This document shows, in pieces, positions 1 through 11,713 of a DNA stretch of 64,000 bases (positions are counted from its first letter, which is position 1; each line of letters opens with the position of its first letter). Where the stretch lies: contig CM120640.1 of the NCBI GenBank assembly GCA_051362555.1, positions 22,303,725 through 22,367,724 on the forward strand, written 5' to 3'. Position numbers and translations under genes: made by a program. The stretch is from Lingula anatina. Lineage: Eukaryota > Animalia > Brachiopoda. The notes below the pieces were generated by a model, which worked only from the letters and a program-made list of their open reading frames with translations, ran no database searches and was not told the origin of the DNA.

Positions 1-199
1 AAGTATTAAAACAAATGTTTTCATTCTGAAGTTCAAGTTACAATTAGCTAGATGATTATTATAATTATTTGATCCTCACATTGTAGGTATGGAAATTGGT
101 TTAGCAAGCACATAAGGACATGGGTGGTCTATCCTGTAGTAAAAAAGATATAAAGATATCATTACATTCTCACATAACAGTCTCATGCAATGACATTGA

Positions 200-602
200 G
201 GCTGACATTTGGCTCATGGCAGCACGGATGCAACTTGAGCCATGGGACCCAAGGAACCTCAGTCCAAATCCTGTTTAGTGATTATTATGCATGATTGGCA
301 ATGCCCAATACAAGAAGACATAACAAATAAGTTAAACTGTTTTGTAGTTTTGGTTGGTCATGTATGTAAGACCCCATTCCTATAGACACACCATCAGTCC
401 ATGTGGTTCAACCCAGCTCTGTGAGGACTCTCGCTAAGTGCAATCAGCTGAACAGATTGATTTGCCTCCTCTTGTTTCCAACATACCAGTACTCATAATA
501 GTCACTAGCTTTCTGTATTCTTAACACCAGAAAATGTACTAATCTTTTAAGCTGATTGCACTTAGCAAAAATCCCAGCAGAGTTGGGTATATCAAGGTAG
601 AC
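200..602. repeat. Degenerate SINE-like fragments in inverted orientation
   Basis: ACCCAGCTCTGTGAGGACTCTCGCTAAGTGCAATCAGC (~411-449) is matched in reverse complement by GCTGATTGCACTTAGCAAAAATCCCAGCAGAGTTGGGT (~551-588). A related GCTAAATTGCAGTCAGC occurs at ~41258. SINE identity is inference. Confidence 0.35.
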
Positions 603-2320
603 CTTTGTTTTTATGTGAATTGGGCCTTAGAAAACTGGATGTATGTTGTTCAAGGTATCAGGACACACACACACCCCTCCTGTAATCAATATCATACTGA
701 AAATAAAAATGCAACACTGAGACAAACTTTAAATGCCTGCCTTTAATCAAAATGTATCTCAAGCTAGAGGTGGGGTAAATGGATAATGTCACCCATCCAG
801 GTATCCCTTTAATGAACTAACTGCCACATTTTGTTTTGCCACTACACTGTGAAGGGGTGAGGTTGTCCAGGAGAGATTGTCCTTGAATCTTTCAAATCTC
901 AAGGTGTCAGATTCCTATTTATTTAGAAATAGAAATATTTTAGAATTCTTTTAGAGAAAAAAATTTAAAAAAAAAATTGTTTTAAATATTTTTTTAATTT
1001 ATTTATTATTTATTTATTTATTTATTTATTTTAATTTTATTATTTTTTGGGGGGGGCTAGAAGTGATGTTATGTGTCATGTAAGTCATTGGAAAATCAGT
1101 TGTGGATATGCCATAATTAATATTGAACTGTTTATGAATGTTTGGAAAATTTTGGCAAAGATTTTGACTAACAAACCCCCTCAATTTCCCATATGGCATG
1201 TTCCATGCACGTTGGAGATTGTCATGTGTTTACTCCTATACTGACACTCAGTACAAATTGTACATTTTGTAGAAATACGTAAGTGTGATTCATTTTGAAG
1301 CTTTGTATCTAGTTTCCTAATTTTCATATTGATTAATAAAAAATGCATATTTGTAAGTTGGTGGAAATATGGGTTAATGCTTTTTTTTTTTTTTTTTTTT
1401 GACTGATGAGTCTCCAAAAGCTCTGAGAAGCAGTTTCTCATAACTTGTGCCGTTCTGAAAATAGTTCAGAGTTGAGAAAAAAAAAACATTTACAACAAGC
1501 AAAAACAGTGAAAGTTGCATGACCAAATGTTATCACTTACTTGAAGGGACATGTTCAGAAAGGAAATATTAAAAAAAGCTGTATTGTTATTGTTTATAAC
1601 CTGAGAACAAAGTATTTGTATCAACGACATAAAAGTCACAGTATCACAAAACAAAAATGTATATTTATTTGTATTGCATTTCTTGCACTGCTTTAACAAG
1701 AGTGCAGAAAAAGTTAGTGCTTCTAATAAAAACTCATATTTGCTAATTGCTGTTGTTAATTATCTCATTTTCAGTCTTATGTGTGGCTGTCCAATCACAA
1801 CAGGCTTGAAATAAAATGTTATTTACAGCCACAGCTTTTAGGGGAAACATTCGCTAGCAATACATGTAAACGTGTTGACAGTATTTTGCCCATTCTATTC
1901 TGACTGCTTCACTTGCTGGTTATGTGAAAAGAAAATGGCTATAGAATTCAGATTAATAAAATATCTGTCTTTCTAGCTGCAAAAGCTGAGAAAGGGGCCT
2001 ATCTCCAGTCTTCAAGATATAACATGCAGAAAATGGAGGGGAGAACAATCTGCACAGCATCAGTTTATTTCACAGTGCGTACCTTCACACCCGCCCCCAC
2101 CCTTTCTCTAGGGTATTTTTTCCTTCTCTCTGTAATATTTACGATCTTTTGTGAATACGACCGGTGTTAAAAAAAGGTAAGTTTATTAGTATCTCTAAAA
2201 TCTGTAATTGATGACTTCAATAACTTCCCTTAATCATGGTTAAATAGTATTCTTTGACCACGGCGCCGCAGAAGCTTAGAGCAGGCCAGTTTGGATATAC
2301 ATAGGCCTACTCGTATATAT

Positions 2321-2335
2321 CAGGCCCGTAGCCAT

Positions 2336-2366
<31 letters not shown>

Positions 2367-2501
2367 CGAAAGAACCCCCCTTTTTGCCGAAAAAGGTCCC
2401 CTCTGAGTAAAATTTTATCTATGTACACGAAACTTTCTTGGTAAAAGGTCCACTTTTTCAAAGGAAGAACCCCCCATTTCAAACTGCTGGCTACGGGCCT
2501 G
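2321..2501. mobile_element. MITE with 14-bp terminal inverted repeats (hAT-like CAGG ends)
   Basis: CAGGCCCGTAGCCA (2321-2334) is the exact reverse complement of TGGCTACGGGCCTG (2488-2501). There is an internal poly-G and repeated GAACCCCCC / AAAAGGTCC. The TSD is imperfect. Confidence 0.75.
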
Positions 2502-3229
2502 TACATATATCTGCAATCGATAGTCCGGGGGCGTACAAATACATGTAAATTTCATCCCACGCAGCGATTTGTTATATCTATCTTCATTGTTATTTTTAAT
2601 TTTTGACTTAATATAAACTGTTGAGAAATATGATGTATGGTGACAAATAGGTCTATGCGGCCGAGGGTTAGGCCTATAGCCTTATAGTAAAATAATATTC
2701 TATGGATATATATATTCTATAGATTCGCCGTTCTTTGGGACCGATTTCCACAGCAACTCCTCAATCAAAATGTGCCATTCACTGTACCAGTTGTGATTTG
2801 CATAACAATAAGTCACGCATCACATTGCGACCTATGCTCCTGGCTGGTCACTTGACAGCTAGACCCTCTAAGAAGACGACCTGCATTGATAGATGTGGTA
2901 AAGTCATTGTGCCGAACAATTTTTTTCAGCGTTGAAGTTTGGACCCACTGTGTGGGCTTACATTTTTTGGTGAAGCCACAGTTGAGGCAAATATGTTTTG
3001 TGAGTAGAATATCGCCTACTAGCCTTTACAAGTGGAAAGAAGTTATTTGATAATGTGGTAGACGTACAGTGCATACGTAAATGTACGGCTTGCCGAAGTT
3101 TTCGCCCTTTCATGTTGCAATGTAGGTTACCGTACAGTAGCTGCACTCAGTCAAGAAACCTTCACACTGATTGACTCGGTTTATGCCACTTATTAGGTAG
3201 TGTAATTAGACAGAAACGTACGTTACAAA

Positions 3230-6200
3230 CACTACTCGATGTGCTGAGCCCCCAGAGTCATTGTCGACTTATATGACTGACAGTGGTCAAATCCACCTGG
3301 AAACTACTGCCATGAAGATGGGCGTTTTGCACACAAAGACTAAAACCAGAATTGGCTTTTGGAATGTGAGAACCATGTATGAAGCTGGAAAACTAGCAGA
3401 AATTATAACAGAGATGGAGCGCTACAAGCTACACATATTGGGCATAAGTGAATGTAGATGGACTGGCTCTGGCAGACAAAAAGCAGCAACAGGAGAGACG
3501 GTAATATTTTCAGGACGAGAAGACGGACAACACCACGAAGGTGTTGCCATTATCCTACGAAAAGAAGTGACCCACTCCATGCTAGAATGGGAGCCTGTTA
3601 ACAGCAGAATTATAAGGGTACGATTGAAAGGGAACCAAGTCAACCTGACAGTGATCCAGTGCTATGCACCCACAAACGACAGAGAAGACGATGTAAAAGA
3701 TAATTTCTATCTCAGTTTACAAGCCACAATAGAGAAAGTACCTCAACATGACATGATCATTGTGATGGGTGATATAAATGCTAAAGTGGGGAGCAAACAA
3801 TTCGAAGATGACAGAGTTCGGGGAAAACATGGATGTGGTGAAATTAATGCAAATGGTGAACGTTTAGTTGATTTTTGCAACGTGAATGATCTAGTCATAG
3901 GGGGCACTCTCTTCCCCCACCGCTTAATACATAAGTTGACTTGGACATCCCCCAATGGACGTGACAAGAATCAAATTGACCACCTAATGATAAATGGAAA
4001 ATGGCGAAGATCTTTGTTAGATGTGCGCGTGAGAAGGGGTGCTGACGTTGGAAGTGACCATCACCTAACTGAAGCTTTTATAAGACTAAAGCTAAAAAAG
4101 TCAGGACCACAGCAGAAAGTAAGGAAACGATTTGATGTTGAACGGCTAAAGGACACAAAAATCAAGGAACAGTTCACAGTCCACTTAAAGAACAGATTTA
4201 AAGTTCTTGAAGATCTTGAAATACAAGAGACACCACCAGGACAGGTTGACTATCTTTGGAATGAAGTAGCCTCAACATACAAACAATGTAGTGAGAAATA
4301 TCTGGGATATAGAACAAGAACCAAAAAAGAATGGATGACACCAACCACATGGAGGGCAATAGAATCCAGGCATAGCACCAAAAAGAAATTACTAGATGCC
4401 AAGTCAGAAAGACTTATTGAAAGATACCAAGAGGAATACCGAGAAGCACATAAGATAGTGAAACGTCTTGTCAGAACAGATAAACGGGAGTTTTTAGATC
4501 AACTAGCATTGAGTGCAGAAGAAGCAGCATCACGAAATGAACAAGGAACAGTTTATAAGATCACCAAAGTTATCTGTGGAAAAATGAGCACAAAGAGCAA
4601 TAATTCACCAGTTGCAGATAAAAATGGGACTCTACTTACTAAGGAAGAAGATATACAAAAAAGATGGACAGAACACTTTACTGAAACTCTCAACAGACCA
4701 CCACCAACAACACAAGCGAATATACCAGAAGCAGCAGAAGATTTAGATATTGACATAAACACACCTACCAAGACTGAAATTATTAAATCAATAAAGTCAA
4801 TGAAGAACAGAAAGGCACCAGGAAACGACAACTTGAATGCTGAACTATTCAAAGCATCACCAGAGATAGCAGCAGCCTTTTTGGAACCCCTGTACACTGC
4901 AATATGGAAGGAAGAAAAAATTCCAAATAGCTGGAATAAAGGAATCATTGTCAAAATACCAAAGAAAGGGTCACTCAGGGACTGCAATAACTGGAGAGGT
5001 AAAACGCTTCTGTCCATACCAAGCAAAATACTTTGCAAAATAATAGCCAATAGAATATCAGATGCAGTAGACAAAGAGCTCAGAAAAGAACAAGCTGGTT
5101 TCAGAAAGGGTGTGGGGTGCACAGATCAGATATTTGCTCTACGTAACATCATAGAGCAGTGCACAGAATGGCAACGACAGCTCTTTATTAACTTTATTGA
5201 TTTTGAAAAAGCTTTTGACAGTATACATAGAGATAGTCTCTGGAAGATCCTTAGAAATTACGGAGTACCACCAAAAGTTGTTAGGATGATAAGATGCTTT
5301 TATAGTCACTTCTGCTGTTGTGTTGGTGAGACTAATATGAGTTTTAAAGTCCAAACGGGCGTGCGTCAGGGCTGTGTGCTGTCATCCATCTTGTTTAATT
5401 TAGCAATTGACTGGGTAATGAGGCGCACCACAGAAGATACATCAAGAGGAATAAGATGGACTTTATACTCGACTCTAGAAGACCTCGATTTTGCAGACGA
5501 TCTTGCATTACTGTCCCACACACATCAGCATATACAAGAGAAGACTGACATACTTAACATCTTCAGTCAGCAAATTGGGCTTAGGATAAGCAAAAAGAAG
5601 ACTGAAGTGATGGCATTAAATATACAATCACCACCACCAGTTGAAGTGGAAGGCTGCATCCTTAATAACACCAGCTGCTTTACATACCTAGGAAGCATTG
5701 TAGCCACAGATGGAGGAACCAGTAGAGATGTCAACAACAGACTAACCAAAGCCAGAAATGCCTTTAAGAGCTTAAACAAAATCTGGAAATGCTCTCAATA
5801 TAGTATAAAAACCAAACTCAGAATATTTGAGAGCTGTATACTATCAACTCTTCTCTATGGTTCGGAATGCTGGCGCATAACTGAAGAAGATATAAAAAAG
5901 TTGTCTACTTTTCACACTTCAAGCCTCAGAAAAATATTAAAAATATTTTGGCCAAGAACTATATCTAATGATGATCTGCTAAAGCAAACAAACCAGAGAA
6001 GTATAAGTGAAATCATCAGGACAAGAAGATGGAAATGGATTGGCCATGTTCTGAGGAAAGACCCAAATTCCACCACTAAAGTAGCCATGTACTGGACACC
6101 AGAGGGGCATAGAAAAAGGGGCAGACCCAAGACCACATGGAGGAGGACAGTTGAAGCAGAATTGAAACAACTGGGTGAAAGTTGGGGGACAATTCAACAC

Positions 6201-6283
6201 CTAGCGAGAGACAGAGAGGAGTGGAGGACCTTTGTTGACGCCCTAGACGCCCAACGGCGTAATAGGAGATAGTAGTAGTAGTA
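3230..6283 (+). mobile_element. RTE-clade non-LTR retrotransposon with intact ORF, (TAG)n tail and 12-bp TSD
   Basis: TSD GTACGTTACAAA at 3218-3229 and 6284-6295. The element has a single APE+RT ORF and a (TAG)5 tail from 6270. Confidence 0.93.
3273..6272 (+). CDS. Endonuclease (APE) / reverse transcriptase polyprotein of RTE LINE, 999 aa from first ATG
   Basis: APE motifs GFWNVRT, ILGISECRW, QCYAPTN, MGDINAKVG, NQIDH, GSDH. RT motifs QAGFR, FIDFEKAFDS, GVRQGCVLS, LDFADD, FTYLGS. RTE-type C-terminus GHRKRGRPKTTW. No stops. Confidence 0.95.
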   Translation: MTDSGQIHLETTAMKMGVLHTKTKTRIGFWNVRTMYEAGKLAEIITEMERYKLHILGISECRWTGSGRQKAATGETVIFSGREDGQHHEGVAIILRKEVTHSMLEWEPVNSRIIRVRLKGNQVNLTVIQCYAPTNDREDDVKDNFYLSLQATIEKVPQHDMIIVMGDINAKVGSKQFEDDRVRGKHGCGEINANGERLVDFCNVNDLVIGGTLFPHRLIHKLTWTSPNGRDKNQIDHLMINGKWRRSLLDVRVRRGADVGSDHHLTEAFIRLKLKKSGPQQKVRKRFDVERLKDTKIKEQFTVHLKNRFKVLEDLEIQETPPGQVDYLWNEVASTYKQCSEKYLGYRTRTKKEWMTPTTWRAIESRHSTKKKLLDAKSERLIERYQEEYREAHKIVKRLVRTDKREFLDQLALSAEEAASRNEQGTVYKITKVICGKMSTKSNNSPVADKNGTLLTKEEDIQKRWTEHFTETLNRPPPTTQANIPEAAEDLDIDINTPTKTEIIKSIKSMKNRKAPGNDNLNAELFKASPEIAAAFLEPLYTAIWKEEKIPNSWNKGIIVKIPKKGSLRDCNNWRGKTLLSIPSKILCKIIANRISDAVDKELRKEQAGFRKGVGCTDQIFALRNIIEQCTEWQRQLFINFIDFEKAFDSIHRDSLWKILRNYGVPPKVVRMIRCFYSHFCCCVGETNMSFKVQTGVRQGCVLSSILFNLAIDWVMRRTTEDTSRGIRWTLYSTLEDLDFADDLALLSHTHQHIQEKTDILNIFSQQIGLRISKKKTEVMALNIQSPPPVEVEGCILNNTSCFTYLGSIVATDGGTSRDVNNRLTKARNAFKSLNKIWKCSQYSIKTKLRIFESCILSTLLYGSECWRITEEDIKKLSTFHTSSLRKILKIFWPRTISNDDLLKQTNQRSISEIIRTRRWKWIGHVLRKDPNSTTKVAMYWTPEGHRKRGRPKTTWRRTVEAELKQLGESWGTIQHLARDREEWRTFVDALDAQRRNRR

Positions 6284-7040
6284 GTACGTTACAAAGACCA
6301 AAGCCGAAGAAGTTTACGTTTATTTTGAAATAGTTTACTTATATCTATTCAGATCTCCATGTCGTTTAAACTCTTTGTCGTTTAGAATTATGTTCTTTTC
6401 GTTATCTTATCTTAGTTCTAATTTTATTGCATTGGGATATCATTTTAAATTCGTAATTAAAACATTGTTTTGACATTTCAGAACTGCCAACTCTGCAGTG
6501 ATCCCGCGAAATGCACGAGCGTCTCATTGATAGAATCTTCCAAAGCCTTCTAGTCGTATTTTGGAACCTTACACGGGCACACACGCAGGCACTGACGTGC
6601 TCGAACGACCACGCACCGCACATGCAATATGGCGAAAATGGGACATGCTTTTATTGCGACTTTCAAAACACAGTAATCGAGTATTTTAATATTCAAATTA
6701 CACCTTAATTAGGACAAGCTATCGACACCCTTTCTAGATGTTGGTTTCTTTTGGTAAAAAGCATGGATGCTGGTATTAAAATCCAAATAGAGAAAGTATT
6801 AGGAAATAGTTCCAATGCAAACCAAACCACGGCCCCGAAATGTCAATAATTCATATTTTATTATATTATATGACTATTATATTTCTTCACCATGATTTTC
6901 TGTCTCTAAAGATACCCTAAATAAAAAAATATCACACAAGAAGGACTTTGTTTTATAGTTTGATATGAGTTTGGTTTGTGTGAATGCATTGATGTGGATG
7001 ACAGTTGAAAGTTGACAAGTGGGTCGAGTTTACTCCATAT

Positions 7041-7476
7041 AAGGGGTTACAGGTGGGGCGAGTCCATTCATCTGAGGGGTGACAGGTGGGGCGAGTCCAT
7101 TTCATCTGAGGGGTGACAGGTAGGGCGAGTCCATTCCATCTGAGGGGTGGCAGGTAGGGCGAGTCCATTTCATCTGAGGGGTGACAGGTGGGATGAGTCC
7201 ATTCCATCTGAGGGGTGACAGGTGGGAAGAGTCCATTCTATTTGAGGGGTGGCAGGTGGGGCGAGTCCATTCCATATGAGGGGTGACAGGTGGGACGAGT
7301 CCATTCCATATGAGGGGTGGCAGGTGGGGCGAGTCCATCCAATTTGAGGGGTGACAGGTGGGGCGAGTCCATTCCATATGAGGGGTGGCAGGTGGGGCGA
7401 GTCCATTCCATCTGAGGGATACCAGGTGGGGCGAGTCCATTCCATTTGAGGGGTGACAGGTGGGTCGAGACCATTC
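7041..7476. repeat. 34-bp G-rich minisatellite, ~13 units
   Basis: Consensus GAGGGGTGACAGGTGGGGCGAGTCCATTCCATCT repeated at ~34-bp period. Confidence 0.95.
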
Positions 7477-7572
7477 TTTTTGGGGAGAGCACACAAGTAA
7501 AATCACAAAATTACATATTAATACCACTGCAATTAGGTGTATAAAAGAACACTATATTTTTAGTATTGTTTT

Positions 7573-7951
7573 ACCAAGTTTTAAGGGGTTAAGACTTTGT
7601 ATCATGCAGAAAAAGACATTAAATTATTTGGCTAAAAAACTACATTTTTTACAATTTATTAAAAAGATTACCTTTTTGTCTGCACATTTGGGACTGTGTG
7701 GAAATAAATCTAGGTCACAAAATTTAATCAAAAGATCAATATATTCTATTTATGATTTTAATGAGATATTTTCAAATTTATTGGAATATGCAGACCTAAT
7801 TTTTGGGTGGAGTAAATTTCAACTGTTGCCTTTTCTAAAGTGTGTCATGATCTCTCATATTTGTTTTAATTTAAGATTGAAGTATTAATCTGATGAGGTC
7901 GTGAAATTTGAATAAATTTTCTGTAGCAAACCAGAACCCTTAAAACCTGGA
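7573..7951. mobile_element. Possible non-autonomous DNA element with imperfect inverted ends
   Basis: CCAAGTTTTAAGGGGTT (~7574) versus AACCCTTAAAACCTGG (~7935-7950) in reverse complement. Confidence 0.35.
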
Positions 7952-10133
7952 CCTATATTAAATTAAGAAAATTATATCCCGAAGGACGAACTTATTTAAT
8001 CCAATAGATATAAAAAAAACCTTCTCTCCATATAATAAAATGTAGGGCAGATTTTCAAAAAGGCAAGATCGTAAATTCATAAAAATTATATATATAAATG
8101 TGGGCTGTTGGAAAATCCTGCGGATGTATTTTTTTAAATTCTCAACTTCAGTTATTTACAAAATACTGGGCATATTAACAAACCTTTTAAAACCTTCGAT
8201 TTAAGACATCTTCTGTTACTGTAGAAATCATCTATCCCAAACACAATGATTACAGATCATTTTTAACAGATTTAATTTGAAAGTGCACAGACAATAATCA
8301 TATCTTCATAACTTTACCCCTAACCATCTACTATTACTAATATTTTTATCATTATTTCATATCGAAATAAAAAAAACAAGTAATTAAAAACGTTTTTATT
8401 CAATTTTAAAACAAAGATGCATGGATGTGCGTAGGGTTCCAGAACGTGAATGACCGGCTTGGTTACTAGCAGGCGGGTGTCGTGCAGTTCTCAGCATCTC
8501 AGTGGACTTCTGAAATGAGAAGGTAATGTTAGCAATATCTGACTAAACGGGGAGACTCGGAAAATACGACCAATGCATTTTACATCTAAGAGAAGAGAAT
8601 ACTTGAAATGATGTGGGTGTTTACTGACTTGTCCAAAGTTCAGGCTCAGATAGCACCCCAAAAAAGTAATCGATATCTATGTTGCCTAACACCAAAATTA
8701 AGACCTTAAGTTAGTAATAAAGATATTTCAGGTGTTTTGCTTTGAAAAAATAAATATTGAAAACACTTCTCTAATTTGTGGAGATCATCACAAGGGACGT
8801 TTATTTATTTTACCTACTATGTTATCTTGTAATATCTAAAGTCGCTTTGCACCACGCGTTTGGGAGCCATATTTCGCTTTAGTTTAAATCATTTCCAGTA
8901 TTTCAACACTGCTTACAAACATTTTACAGGTACATGTATAATAAAATAAACAAACCTACAAAAACTGATTTTATATTTTAAACTATCGTGATTGTCGTAA
9001 AAGGAGACGTTTGAATTTTTGATAAACTTTGACTATAAAATTGATGCACACGTTCATGGGGCACGCTTGTCTAAGAATCAAAAGCTCAGAACAGTGACAA
9101 GTACGGTATTATCATCTAAATCATTCTGTGATCTTTTTAGTGGTATGCCCATTTACTAATTTGCTTAATGATACTTTGAGTGACATAACAGAAACGGCAG
9201 GTAAAATATAACAAATAGTAGTGATATACTAGTAAATACTTTTCGTAAATTTTCTTGCATTCTTCTACTCTTTCTATCAACTGACATAGGTTACTGATGA
9301 AAAAGTGATACTTACGAAACATGCATTTGCTTCTACGCCTCATAAAAGCTCGACCTTGCAACTGCACCACACGTTGAACAACATTGCGTCTTCACCCAGC
9401 TGTGTCTTACTGCCTAGTGAGCATTCGGAAAAACAGATCGCACTACCGTGAGCAAGTTATTGTTATGCAAATTACAGACAGGTACGGCTCATTTTAGTCG
9501 AGGGACTGTGGATGAAACTGTTCACGAATGGTCACGGTCAAATGCAGTGGCGAACTATTACCCTCAAACATTAAAGAAGAAATGTCATACATATAAATAT
9601 ATGAAAACCCATATGCTTGTGCTAATTCATAATTTTTACCTGGAGAACTTAAAAAAGTCTGTAATAATTTTGCATTTTTTGTTCGTGACAAAACCTTCTC
9701 CCGGCAACTGGTGGCGCCCAGTGAAATCCAAGCAATCTGAAATTAAGGATTCGAGATCAGAGATGGACTCTCAGGGGAAGAGATCAATGTACTGCGGCAG
9801 TGCCGTACGCTTTACATAGAGGATAATTTCTATCCTTGTTAATTCAGCCAAGATTACTTTTGCCACGGGCGTCGAATAAAATCAAACCTGTAACTGTAAC
9901 TAAATTTATCAAAATAATAAAAAAATGGTTTTAAAGTAAAAGTGACAGTTGTTTTGTGTCTTTAGTTAACTAGTGAATTTTCTTAACTTGTTATTCAGAA
10001 ATACATTCCAATAAACTGAATTGCTTGCAAGGTCAGCTAACACTAGGATGAATAAGTTGCTGTAAACTTGATGGAGTTAACAGTTTTTGGTAACCTGTTA
10101 TAGATAGACAGGTTGAGGTGACTGTGACCTTGT

Positions 10134-10174
<41 letters not shown>

Positions 10175-10253
10175 GAACCTTGGAAGTTTAAACTTAAAGG
10201 CCATACATTTAAACCTATATTTAGCCATCAAACATGTCCTACTGCCAAACACA

Positions 10254-10425
10254 TCCAAGCAAATTTCCCGTTGGGTGGGGTTGATATCACATTGTTTTCT
10301 GACGTTGATCCAACGTTGTTATCTGAGGTTGACACAACTTTCAAATCCAACGTTTATTCAATGTCCTTTCAACGTTATGGTTCAACGTTGTTTCAACGTT
10401 AAAACAACATAATTTGCCTGCTGGG
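10254..10425. mobile_element. Short MITE with internal CAACGTT repeats
   Basis: Ends CCAAGCAAATT ... AATTTGCCTGCTGGG, with many AACGTT palindromes inside. Confidence 0.5.
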
Positions 10426-10639
10426 AATGGTGTACGGTTTTCCTTGTAACTTTTTCTTTGTCATCGTAAGTGGCCACGGTCTACGCGTCTTACGAACTAC
10501 ACCTTGATGCTTATTACAAAATTGGGTTGGAGTAAGTCGGCGATTAGAGCGATGCGGATTGTAGAACCTTCGGATAGTTGGTGTGTACCCGAAATGTTGT
10601 GAAATGCATCAATAAACTATTGAACTGAATAAACCACCA

Positions 10640-10844
10640 TAGGGGCGGATCCAGGATTATTTGAAGGGGGAGTCCGGGGCCCGAAATTTTTGATATTTTA
10701 GAGGGCGAACGGTGTCATTTCGTACGGTTTAGAACTATGATTCAGCTAGTCAAATTTCTAATTTTAAGAGGGGACCATTGGTGTGATTTTTTTCAGAAAT
10801 CGAAGGGGTCATGACCATCTGACACCCCCCTAAAACCACCACTG
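10640..10844. mobile_element. MITE, same family as 61926-62128 (opposite orientation)
   Basis: AGGGGCGGATCCAGGATTATTTGAAGGGGG at 10641 is nearly the reverse complement of CCCCCTTCAAATAATCCTGGATCCACCCCTG ending at 62128. The right end CTAAAACCACCACTG resembles the reverse complement of TAGTGGCGGATTTAG. Confidence 0.7.
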
Positions 10845-11713
10845 TACCATTATCTAGGGTTCATTATTTCCGGGAAGGATTAAATTGACATCAATCAATA
10901 CTGTAAGTAATGGATCGGCACTTGATGAGGTTATGGGTAAAAAAGAAAATCCACAGGCGTCATCCACAGATTAGTACGCGTGAAGATCAAATACATGTAC
11001 ATGTGCTTCCACGCACAAATCATAGTAGGCGTTTAATTTACCAATATTGCACATTTGTGCCTAGCCTGCGACTAAAACTACATTGCGAAGCTAGCAAATA
11101 TACAGACACTAAAGAAAAAATCCATTCCCATTGCTATAAGTTTTATTGGAACTTTCAGACTATTTACGTGAACGTCGCTAAAATACACTCAGAAATTGAT
11201 ACCTTTCATAAAAATCAACCGATCATGCTGAGTTTCGACCTGAGCCTGCCATTTTATCAAATAATAAGAAGAATAGCTAATAGCAGTTTTGAAGTTAAAC
11301 ATAAATACGGTTTGACACTTGTAAGTTGAACAACAGGCGTATCGGACTTAACGACGCTGCCAAACATACAGACACCAAACAGCAAAACGTACTGCAAAAA
11401 TATAAACAAACATTATTTTTGGAAAATAAACCGGTGTGACGGAACTGAGAGTCCGGTGTGATACAGAGTCCCGGACTGTCAGATTCAGAAACCAGGGGTC
11501 CTGCTTTGAAATACAGGTTACCTCCGGACCCTGAATATTCTTAATATAGAGTGTCCTCCGGACTCTCTGTTATACCGGACCCTACATTCGCGCCCAGCAG
11601 ACGCCCCTGCATTTTTAGGGCAGCTGAAGTGTGATAGCTGTGGAAACGGGCACAAAGTATGAGATTCAGTGGTCGGCTAATGTGGCTCAACTGATGCAAC
11701 GTCCAAATCGAAA

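Noticed and set aside
3422-6200. Antisense ORFs within the LINE
   Set aside because: Shadow ORFs of the long sense ORF.
7041-7476. CRISPR-like periodicity
   Set aside because: Contiguous tandem units with no unique spacers, no cas genes, and a eukaryotic context.
6953-7527. Four overlapping minus-strand ORFs with repeated peptides
   Set aside because: They are translations of the 34-bp minisatellite; the unit length is not a multiple of 3.
7885-7925. CTGATGAG...GAAA hammerhead-like core
   Set aside because: Stems I and II cannot be formed convincingly.
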